The position numbers and the translations under genes were made by a program. Below the pieces are notes generated by a model. It was given only the letters and a program-made list of their open reading frames with translations, had not been told where the DNA came from and made no database searches. Of a stretch of 64,000 nucleotides of DNA, positions 29,284-37,040 are shown piece after piece. Origin of the DNA: Bacteroidaceae bacterium (GTDB lineage: Bacteria; Bacteroidota; Bacteroidia; Bacteroidales; Bacteroidaceae); assembly GCA_050946375.1 (NCBI GenBank), contig JBMNUT010000005.1, positions 7,522 to 71,521 on the forward strand. The letters run 5' to 3'. Every line of letters starts with the position of its first letter. Position 1 is the first letter of the stretch.

Positions 29284-31464
29284 ATGAAAAAAGCAATAAT
29301 TATAGGAATGTGCGCCGCTGTAATGGGCACAGGCTTTACTTCGTGCTTGGATGTCGAGAACGAGCGTTTTGCCGAAGTAGACCAGATGAGCACGAGCGAC
29401 TCCGCTTTCTATTTCCTGAGCATCCTCAACGGTGTGAAGACGCTGGCTCCCCGCCTTGTCGTGCTGGGCGAATTGCGCGGTGACCTGATGACGGCTACGA
29501 ACCATGCCGCCACCGAACTCCGCGAAATCGACCAGTGGACGCTCAATCAGAACACCGACAACAAGTACCTCAGCAAGACGGAGTACTATAATATCATCAA
29601 CCAGTGTAACTACATCATCGAGTATGGCGCCGCTCTGCCCAAAGAGCAGGCGGCTGCCACCGCGATGCGTGCCTGGACCTACCTGCAGTTGGCTATCAAC
29701 TACGGACGGGCTGCATATTATGAGAACTTCATCGCCAGTGAGGAAGCCTCCTATGCCGACTATCCCAAACTGGGTGTAGATGAACTGGCCGGAGAGCTTA
29801 TCCCGCAGCTCGAAGCCATCCTCAATGTGCCCCCCGTGGATTACGGAACCTACGGTACGGACTTCTCCATGCAGATCTTCAACCCCCGTTTCGTATTGGC
29901 AGAACTTTACCTCTGGCGTGGTGCCGGCCGTTCCGACTATGTGCGGGCTGCTGAGCTCTACTATGACCTCATCGTAAACGACTACCCCAATGCCGAGAAC
30001 CAGAACACGCCCCGTTATGCAGCAATACCTATGGATTTCTCTTCCGGTACGTCTTCCAGTTCGTCGGCCACGCAGCGTGTATATTATAGTAATTCCCGTA
30101 TGAATCCGATGAACTGGTCGAGCGGCTGGGATCGTACTCTCTCGGGACTAACTCCAATTTCGAGCGAAGAGAATGCACAGCAGACGTTGGTTGATGGGAT
30201 GACTGACGTGCGCTATACCACGGGCGAGAATGCAGTAACCTGTAATCTGGATACTCTGACCGGTCTGATGGCCTCTTCTACGAGCCTGAGTACCAGCGAC
30301 CGTCTGGAAGCAATCTCCCTGACCGCTACGCGCGCCATGTCTTCCATTTTCTCCTCTACGCTGTACACTTTCTACGAGGATGAAACCGACCTGTACACCC
30401 AGGATGGAAACACGGCTTTCAGCAACTACCTGAACCATTCGAGCCTTGAGTCCGACGTAACCACCCGTTTGGGCGACCTGCGTATCAACGAGACTTATAC
30501 GCCCAATCCCGGTTCCGGTATTACGATTAGCGGTGGAAGCATCGTGAGCACTTATCCGGACAGTGTGATAGCCAAGTATCTGGATGTTACTTCGGGTAAT
30601 AAGACCATCACCATTGCCCGTTCGGCTTACCTCTATCTGCGCTATGCCGAGGCTGTAAACCGCGCCGGCAAGCCGGGTCTGGCCATGATTGCCTTGAAGT
30701 ATGGTTTGAACCAGCTCAACGTTCGTTTCTACATGCCTGCCAGCGAGAAGCTCTCCATCGACGGCGAAGATATGACGTTTGCCCTCTATCTGCGTGACTA
30801 TGCGAACGACCAGTCTTCTGTTTCCTATACTTCCCGTGTGCCCCAGCCGTTGTATGCCATCGAGAACGGCACCGATACGGTAGAAGTCGGTACTTTCGTC
30901 TACGATGCTACCGAGAGCCGTCTGAAGGCTTCCATGCCGGTGAGCGTGGCCGACCAGTATCTGCGTTCCGACGGTGCCGGTTATCGTATTCCGGTTACCC
31001 ACATGGAGAACGGTCGCTACATCATTGGCGAGAATGCCGTGGCAGAAACGACTCCTAACTACGCATTCTATTGCTTCAAGGATACCACCGAGTCTTACTA
31101 CGACTTCCCCACCACTATGTATGCCAACGTAGGTCTCCACTGGCGTGGTGCCGGTTGCGCCGCTCTCGACTCTACCTATCAGATGCCGAACGTGCGCTAT
31201 CCGGGCAATGTAGAAGCTCAGCAGGCTTACATGGACTCCGTTATCTGTAACGAGTATGCTTTGGAGACAGCTTTCGAAGGTGGACGTTTCGCCGACCTGA
31301 TGCGTCTCTCCAAGCACCGCAACGATCCGAACTTCCTCATGTATTACTTGGGCCGGAAGTATGACCAAGCGTTTATCGAAAAGTTGAGAGGCCGTCAAGG
31401 TTCTGTTCCTTCCAGCGGTTGGGATTATTCCTCTTGGTATTTGCCCGACTACGAGAAAGAATGA
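29284..31464 (+). CDS. SusD/RagB family lipoprotein, unusually long (726 aa)
   Basis: Lipobox GFTSCLDVE. SusD-like helices AMRAWTYLQLAINYGRAAYY, SAYLYLRYAEAVNRAG, CNEYALETAFEGGRFADLMRL. Starts 19 nt after the second SusC gene. Confidence 0.75.
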   Translation: MKKAIIIGMCAAVMGTGFTSCLDVENERFAEVDQMSTSDSAFYFLSILNGVKTLAPRLVVLGELRGDLMTATNHAATELREIDQWTLNQNTDNKYLSKTEYYNIINQCNYIIEYGAALPKEQAAATAMRAWTYLQLAINYGRAAYYENFIASEEASYADYPKLGVDELAGELIPQLEAILNVPPVDYGTYGTDFSMQIFNPRFVLAELYLWRGAGRSDYVRAAELYYDLIVNDYPNAENQNTPRYAAIPMDFSSGTSSSSSATQRVYYSNSRMNPMNWSSGWDRTLSGLTPISSEENAQQTLVDGMTDVRYTTGENAVTCNLDTLTGLMASSTSLSTSDRLEAISLTATRAMSSIFSSTLYTFYEDETDLYTQDGNTAFSNYLNHSSLESDVTTRLGDLRINETYTPNPGSGITISGGSIVSTYPDSVIAKYLDVTSGNKTITIARSAYLYLRYAEAVNRAGKPGLAMIALKYGLNQLNVRFYMPASEKLSIDGEDMTFALYLRDYANDQSSVSYTSRVPQPLYAIENGTDTVEVGTFVYDATESRLKASMPVSVADQYLRSDGAGYRIPVTHMENGRYIIGENAVAETTPNYAFYCFKDTTESYYDFPTTMYANVGLHWRGAGCAALDSTYQMPNVRYPGNVEAQQAYMDSVICNEYALETAFEGGRFADLMRLSKHRNDPNFLMYYLGRKYDQAFIEKLRGRQGSVPSSGWDYSSWYLPDYEKE

Positions 31465-31520
31465 TGCGTAGGTAGCCGCACCCCGTGTGCGGGACTACCG
31501 CCGATATACGATTTTTTTGC

Positions 31521-31561
31521 AGAGAACCTGCCCCGGAAACGAGGCGGGTTCTCTTTTTTTA
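31521..31561 (+). terminator. Rho-independent terminator of the FAS1/SusCD operon
   Basis: AGAGAACC(T)GCC / GGCGGGTTCTCT stem followed by a T7 run (31555-31561); starts 57 nt after the SusD stop. Confidence 0.8.
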
Positions 31562-31665
31562 TCCGTCCGTGTGAGCTGTTTTATCTGTGTGTGCAAGCCG
31601 TTATCGCCGCAATTCGTCGCCGGGGCATTTCCCTGTTCCGCCACAGACGGCGGTGGTGCGTCCCG

Positions 31666-31776
31666 AAAAGCAGCAAGGGAAATTCCGGAAAGCGGCAAGG
31701 CTAATTTCCCGAAGCAGCAAGGCTAATCCGTAGCAGCCTTCAGTGAATACTTCCGAAAGTACAGCCTTCTCTTGGG
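31666..31776. repeat. Tandem ~22-bp units GCRGCAAGG(N6-8)TTYCCGRAA
   Basis: Unit starts (GCAGCAAGG / GCGGCAAGG / GCAGCAAGG / GCAGCC) at 31670, 31692, 31714 and 31733, giving spacings of 22, 22 and 19. Confidence 0.7.
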
Positions 31777-31907
31777 AACACTATATGCGCCCTTTCGACC
31801 ATCGCTGCTCCGACGAATGGCGTGTTGCAGGCGTTTCTCTTCCGGAAAGAGGAAAAATAGACTATTTCTTAGGCGATAGGGAACGGCCTCCGCTTGCGAA
31901 ATTCCCT

Positions 31908-31915
31908 TAATTTTG
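31908..31915 (+). promoter_or_regulatory. -7 box TAATTTTG for the metallophosphoesterase gene
   Basis: Exact TAnnTTTG match only 8 nt before the ATG at 31924, which implies a very short or absent leader. Confidence 0.35.
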
Positions 31916-31923
31916 CCCCGCTT

Positions 31924-32766
31924 ATGATGAAGAACCGTTTCACCCTTTTTCCGCTCATCCGTCGTATTCCATTCTTCGGTCTGCTCCTGCTGGTACTTGC
32001 CTTGCCCGGTTGCGACCTTTTCGAATATCATCCGTACAGTATGGACACGGAGGGAATCGCCGATGTCAATCAGTCCAACATCGACCGCATAGCCGCTGCC
32101 TGCCGGGGAAAAGACACTTTGCGCTTCGCGCTCATCAGCGATACCCAGCGGCAGTATGACGAGACGGTGGACCTCGTGGCCCATCTCAATGCCAACGACA
32201 GCCTCGACCTGGTTATCCATGCGGGCGACCTGACCGACTTCGGCCTCACGAAGGAGTTCATCTGGATGTATGAGATTCTGTCCGGCCTGCGCGTGCCGTT
32301 CGTCACGCTCCTCGGCAACCACGACGTCCTGGCCAACGGTTACGAGGCCTACCTCAGCATGTTCGGGCCGGCCGACTTCTCTTTTGTGGCCGGGCGGGTG
32401 CGCTTCGTCTGCCTGAACACCAATGCCATCGAGTTCGACTACGCTACTCCCATTCCCAACTTCTCTTTCATCAGTTCCTGCCTCTCCGACGATGCGGAAC
32501 AGCCCGGCCTGCGCACCATTGTGGCCATGCACTCTGCGCCCTATACCGAGCAGTTCAACAATAATGTGGCCGAGGTGTTCGAAGAATACATTACCCGTTT
32601 TTCCGACCTCGTCTGCTGCCTCCACGGCCATGGCCACGGCTATGAGCACCGCGACCTCTTCGGCGACGGCGTGATGTACTACAGTTCGCCCAATCCCAAG
32701 AAGCGGCATTATTTAGTCTTTACCATAACCCCCGACAGTTATTCCTATGAAGTTGTTTGGTTCTGA
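31924..32766 (+). CDS. Metallophosphoesterase (calcineurin-like) lipoprotein
   Basis: ORF 31894 (TTG) trimmed to the ATG at 31924. Lipobox LALPGCDLF. Metallophosphoesterase motifs FALISDTQ, VIHAGDLTDFG, TLLGNHD, CCLHGHGHG. Confidence 0.8.
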   Translation: MMKNRFTLFPLIRRIPFFGLLLLVLALPGCDLFEYHPYSMDTEGIADVNQSNIDRIAAACRGKDTLRFALISDTQRQYDETVDLVAHLNANDSLDLVIHAGDLTDFGLTKEFIWMYEILSGLRVPFVTLLGNHDVLANGYEAYLSMFGPADFSFVAGRVRFVCLNTNAIEFDYATPIPNFSFISSCLSDDAEQPGLRTIVAMHSAPYTEQFNNNVAEVFEEYITRFSDLVCCLHGHGHGYEHRDLFGDGVMYYSSPNPKKRHYLVFTITPDSYSYEVVWF

Positions 32767-33550
32767 TTGCCTTTCGTTCGTCTGCCGGGGGCTTTTACGA
32801 GTTTTCCTTTGCCTGTCCCCGCTGTGTTCCCTTGCGGCTCAGGAACGGCAGACCGCTGCGCCCGATACGCTGGTGCCGGCCTTGCCGCAAGAGTTGCCGG
32901 CCGGGTGGTCCGTTGCTGCCGATTCGGCGGCCCTTTCCCCGTCGTTTCCCGCGGAAGAGGCGTTGCCGGACACGGTCGAACCGCGCTACATGCGCCATGC
33001 CGAATTTGTGCGCACGCTCTGGGCGCGCCTCACCCCGCAGTATCTGAAGGTGCAGTATGCCGGCTCCATCGGGCTTATCTCCATCGGTACGGGCTGGGAC
33101 TATGGGAAGCGCGACCGCTGGGAAACCGACGTCCTGCTCGGCTTTACGCCCAAGTATGAGGACAAGCGCATCAAGGTGACGCTCACCCTGCGCGAGCAGT
33201 TCACCCCCTGGTCTATCCCCCTGAAGCGCGCTCCCCGCTGGTCGATAGAGCCGCTGACGTGCGGACTGTTCATGAGTACCACGTTCGACAAGCGTTTCTG
33301 GGCTCACGAGCCGGGGCGTTACCCGAGCGGGTACTACGGTTTCTCCACGAAAATCCGTTTCAACCTCTTTCTCGGCCAGCAGTGCACCGTCAATATCGCC
33401 CAGCGCAAGGCGCTCCACCGTGCCGTCTCTTTCTACTATCAGCTCTCCATCAGCGAGCTGAACCTCGTTTCGGCCTGGGGCAACAGCTACCTGCGTCCTT
33501 CCGACTATCTGAGCCTGGCTTTCGGACTCAAGCTCCATCTGCTCGACTGA
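32747..33550 (+). CDS. Hypothetical secreted protein (possibly beta-rich / outer-membrane)
   Basis: 267-aa ORF whose ATG overlaps the phosphoesterase gene by 20 nt. Signal-like N-terminus LLRVFLCLSPLCSLAAQ. Alternating-polarity segments (KVQYAGSIGLISIGTGWDY, DVLLGFTPKY, IKVTLTLREQF). I recognise no family motif. Confidence 0.5.
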   Translation: MKLFGSDCLSFVCRGLLRVFLCLSPLCSLAAQERQTAAPDTLVPALPQELPAGWSVAADSAALSPSFPAEEALPDTVEPRYMRHAEFVRTLWARLTPQYLKVQYAGSIGLISIGTGWDYGKRDRWETDVLLGFTPKYEDKRIKVTLTLREQFTPWSIPLKRAPRWSIEPLTCGLFMSTTFDKRFWAHEPGRYPSGYYGFSTKIRFNLFLGQQCTVNIAQRKALHRAVSFYYQLSISELNLVSAWGNSYLRPSDYLSLAFGLKLHLLD

Positions 33551-33655
33551 GGCCTGCAACCGCCCGAATCCCGCCTGCAGAGCCGATTCTGCCTTTGTCG
33601 CCGTGCGGTCGAAAATCTGTTTGCAAATCGCAGTGGATATCTAACGCTTTTTTCC

Positions 33656-33663
33656 TACCTTTG
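33656..33663 (+). promoter_or_regulatory. -7 box TACCTTTG for ettA
   Basis: Exact TAnnTTTG match 28 nt before the ettA ATG. Confidence 0.45.
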
Positions 33664-33691
33664 CGACTATCATAGATTTCAACCCAATCTT

Positions 33692-35380
33692 ATGGCAGAC
33701 GACAAGAAGATTATTTTCTCCATGGTGGGCGTGAGCAAGAGCTTCCAGCCCGGCAAATTCGTCCTCAAGGACATTTATCTCTCGTTTTTTTATGGCGCAA
33801 AAATTGGAATCATCGGATTGAATGGTTCCGGAAAGTCGACTTTGATGAAAATCATAGCCGGCCTGGAGCAATCCTACCAGGGCGAGGTCGTCTTTTCTCC
33901 GGGCTATTCCGTGGGTTATCTGCCCCAGGAGCCGCAACTCGACCCGGCAAAGACCGTGAAGGAAGTCGTCATGGAGGGCGTGCAGCCCGTCTTGGACGCC
34001 TTGGCCGAGTATGAAAGCATCAATGAGAAGTTCGGTTTGCCCGAATATTACGAGGATGAGGACAAAATGAACCAGCTTTTCGCCCGTCAGGCCGAGCTGC
34101 AGGACGTTTTGGACTCCACCGATGCGTGGAACCTCGACAGCAAACTGGAGCGGGCCATGGACGCTTTGCGCTGTCCGCCCGAGGATCAGCCCGTTTCGCA
34201 GCTCTCCGGAGGCGAACGCCGCCGCGTGGCGCTGTGCCGCCTCCTGCTTCAGAAGCCGGACGTGCTGCTCCTCGACGAACCGACCAACCACTTGGACGCC
34301 GAAAGCATAGACTGGCTGGAACAACACTTGCAGCAATATGAGGGAACGGTCATTGCCGTGACGCACGACCGCTACTTCCTCGACCACGTGGCCGGCTGGA
34401 TTCTCGAACTCGACCGGGGCGAGGGCATACCCTACCAGGGCAATTATTCCTCGTGGCTGGAGCAAAAGGCACGCCGGCTGGAGATGGAGGAGAAAACCGC
34501 CAGCAAGCGGCGCAAAACCCTCGAGCGCGAGCTGGAATGGGTGCGCATGGCTCCCAAGGCGCGCCATGCAAAGGGAAAAGCGCGCCTGAACTCCTACGAC
34601 AAGCTGCTGAACGAGGACCAGAAAGAGAAGGAGGCTAAACTCGAAATATTCATCCCCAACGGCCCGCGTCTGGGCAACAAGGTAATCGAGGCGCAGCATG
34701 TGGCAAAGGCGTATGGCGACAAACTGCTGTACGACGACCTGAACTTCGTGCTTCCGCCCAACGGCATTGTCGGCGTAATCGGCCCCAATGGCGCCGGAAA
34801 GACCACTCTTTTCCGCCTCATCATGGGGCTGGACAAGCCCGACCGGGGTACGTTTGAGGTAGGGGAGACGGTGAAGTTGGCTTACGTCGACCAGCAACAC
34901 AAGGATATCGACCCGGAGAAGACGGTCTATGAGGTCATCTCTCAGGGCAACGAACTGCTCCGCATGGGCGGGCGCGACGTGAACGCGCGGGCTTACCTCT
35001 CGCGGTTTAACTTCACGGGTCCCGACCAGGAGAAGAAGTGCGGCATGCTTTCCGGTGGTGAGCGCAACCGCCTGCATCTGGCCATGGCGCTCAAGGAGGA
35101 GGGCAATGTGCTGCTCCTGGACGAGCCGACCAACGACATCGACGTCAACACGCTGCGCGCCCTGGAGGAAGGTCTGGAAGAGTTTGCCGGCTGTGCCGTG
35201 GTTATCAGTCACGACCGCTGGTTCCTCGACCGCATCTGCACGCATATCCTGGCATTCGAGGGAGACTCGAAGGTATTCTACTTCGAAGGCTCTTACTCCG
35301 AATACGAGGAGAATAAACTCAAGCGCCTTGGCCGTGAAGAGCCGAAACGCATACGATACCGGAAACTGACGGACGACTGA
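33692..35380 (+). CDS. ettA: Energy-dependent translational throttle protein EttA (ABC-F ATPase)
   Basis: Two ABC cassettes: Walker A GLNGSGKST and GPNGAGKTT, signatures LSGGERRRVAL and LSGGERNRLHL. No TM domain; 562 aa; N-terminus typical of EttA. Confidence 0.95.
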   Translation: MADDKKIIFSMVGVSKSFQPGKFVLKDIYLSFFYGAKIGIIGLNGSGKSTLMKIIAGLEQSYQGEVVFSPGYSVGYLPQEPQLDPAKTVKEVVMEGVQPVLDALAEYESINEKFGLPEYYEDEDKMNQLFARQAELQDVLDSTDAWNLDSKLERAMDALRCPPEDQPVSQLSGGERRRVALCRLLLQKPDVLLLDEPTNHLDAESIDWLEQHLQQYEGTVIAVTHDRYFLDHVAGWILELDRGEGIPYQGNYSSWLEQKARRLEMEEKTASKRRKTLERELEWVRMAPKARHAKGKARLNSYDKLLNEDQKEKEAKLEIFIPNGPRLGNKVIEAQHVAKAYGDKLLYDDLNFVLPPNGIVGVIGPNGAGKTTLFRLIMGLDKPDRGTFEVGETVKLAYVDQQHKDIDPEKTVYEVISQGNELLRMGGRDVNARAYLSRFNFTGPDQEKKCGMLSGGERNRLHLAMALKEEGNVLLLDEPTNDIDVNTLRALEEGLEEFAGCAVVISHDRWFLDRICTHILAFEGDSKVFYFEGSYSEYEENKLKRLGREEPKRIRYRKLTDD

Positions 35381-35450
35381 TTCGCCTGCCGCTGCGGCTG
35401 TGTGCGTCTGCTGTCCCGTTGTGGGGCGGAGATGCCGGGTTCGGTCGGGG

Positions 35451-35516
35451 GCGGAAGTGCCTGCGGTTTTCGGGAAAACATCTGGCGCTTTCCGGAAAAA
35501 GTGCCGGCGATTTTAG
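35451..35516. repeat. Three repeat-family units between ettA and the pepP-like gene
   Basis: GCGGAAGTGCCTGCGGTTTTCGGG / AAAACATCTGGCGCTTTCCGG / AAAAAGTGCCGGCGATTTTAG. Confidence 0.6.
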
Positions 35517-35541
35517 AAAGAACGACCAATATTATAGAGAT

Positions 35542-36939
35542 ATGTTTGAAGCATCCGTTTACGAAACACGCCGCCAGACGCTTTGTTCGAAGCTCACCTC
35601 TGGCATAGTTCTCCTCTTGGGCAATGAGGAGGTAGGCATGAATTATGCCGACAATACGTATGACTATCGTCAGGATAGTACGTTCCTTTACTACTTTGGC
35701 CACAGCCTTCCCGGGCTGGCAGCCATCATCGATGTGGAAAGCCACGAGGCCGTACTCTATGGCAATGACCCCTCTATCGACGATATCGTGTGGACCGGTC
35801 CGCTGCCCAGCATTCAGCAGCTGGCCGAACAAGTGGGCTTGAAGAAGAGCGGAAGCCTCGCCCGCCTGCAGGACGACCTGCGCGCCGCTGTCAACGCCGG
35901 CCGCAAGGTGCACTTCCTGCCGCAGTACCGCTACCGCAACCAGATATGGATTATGGACATGCTGGGCATCGTTCCCTCTTTGCAGGAAAGCTATTCCTCG
36001 CTCGAACTGATAAAAGCCGTCATTTCCATGCGTGCCGTCAAGGAACCCCGCGAGATTGAAGAAATCGAGAAGGCATGTAAGGTGGGCCAGGAGATGCAGC
36101 TTATGGCCATGCGCCTGGGCAAAGCCGGCGTATCGGAGAAGTACATTGCCGGGCAGGTGGACGGCGTAGCGCTGTCGTATGGCGCAAAGCCTTCGTTCCC
36201 CACCATCCTGACCCAGAAGGCGGCTACGCTCCACATTCACAGCCACGACGGTATCCTCAAGGATGGCAACCTCGTGCTCAACGATTGCGGTGCGGAGTCG
36301 ATGCTTTACTACTGCAGCGACTATTCGCGCTCGTGGCCTGTTAGCGGAAAATATACGCAGCAGCAGCGTGAAATCTACGACATTGCCTACAAATCCTACA
36401 CCACGGCGCTGGCTTTGGCTAAGCCGGGCGTGACCTATATGCACGTTCATTACGAGGCTTGCAAGGTCATCTTCAACGGATTGAAGGAGCTGGGCCTGAC
36501 GAAGGGCGATGCCGATGCAGCCGTAGCAGCCGGTGCACACAGCCTGTTCTTCCCCTGCGGTTTGGGACACATGATGGGCATGGACGTACACGATATGGAG
36601 AACCTCGGGCAAATCTATGTCGGTTACGACGACGAGGTACGCCCCCGCACGGAATTCGGTATCAAGTCCCTGCGTATGGGACGTCGTCTGCAGCCGGGAT
36701 TCGTAATGACCGACGAGCCGGGCATCTACTTCATTCCCGAACTCATCGACCGCTGGAAGGCAGACGGCACTTGCAAGGAGTTCCTGAACTTCCCCGCTAT
36801 CGAGAAATACCGTAACTTCGGCGGCCTGCGTGTGGAGGACGATATTCTGATAACGGAAGATGGTTCTCGTTTCCTCGGCGGGCATCTCATCAATTCCGCA
36901 GACGAAATTGAGGAATACATCGCCCAGTCGCGCAGCTAA
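35542..36939 (+). CDS. Xaa-Pro aminopeptidase (M24B, aminopeptidase P family)
   Basis: ORF 35419 (TTG) trimmed to the ATG at 35542, because the upstream part is the intergenic repeat array. Motifs PCGLGHMMGMDVHD, MTDEPGIYF, GGLRVEDDILIT. Confidence 0.85.
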   Translation: MFEASVYETRRQTLCSKLTSGIVLLLGNEEVGMNYADNTYDYRQDSTFLYYFGHSLPGLAAIIDVESHEAVLYGNDPSIDDIVWTGPLPSIQQLAEQVGLKKSGSLARLQDDLRAAVNAGRKVHFLPQYRYRNQIWIMDMLGIVPSLQESYSSLELIKAVISMRAVKEPREIEEIEKACKVGQEMQLMAMRLGKAGVSEKYIAGQVDGVALSYGAKPSFPTILTQKAATLHIHSHDGILKDGNLVLNDCGAESMLYYCSDYSRSWPVSGKYTQQQREIYDIAYKSYTTALALAKPGVTYMHVHYEACKVIFNGLKELGLTKGDADAAVAAGAHSLFFPCGLGHMMGMDVHDMENLGQIYVGYDDEVRPRTEFGIKSLRMGRRLQPGFVMTDEPGIYFIPELIDRWKADGTCKEFLNFPAIEKYRNFGGLRVEDDILITEDGSRFLGGHLINSADEIEEYIAQSRS

Positions 36940-36960
36940 CCTGCTGGCTTTTTGATATTG

Positions 36961-37006
36961 AAAGGCAGGAGTTTCGTCAAAAAGGAGCTCCTGCCTTTAT
37001 GATTTT
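36961..37006 (+). terminator. Terminator after the pepP-like gene
   Basis: An 11-bp stem, AAAGGCAGGAG (36961-36971) / CTCCTGCCTTT (36988-36998), followed by ATGATTTT. Confidence 0.6.
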
Positions 37007-37040
37007 GTGTAAGGATAACAATGAAAAATGAATCTTGCTT

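Noticed and set aside
13977-31464. The FAS1/SusCD locus read as an ordinary, already-understood PUL.
   Set aside because: I did not accept that reading. No CAZyme or cognate regulator is encoded in or next to the operon, so I keep it as a finding. Equally, I do not claim any substrate.
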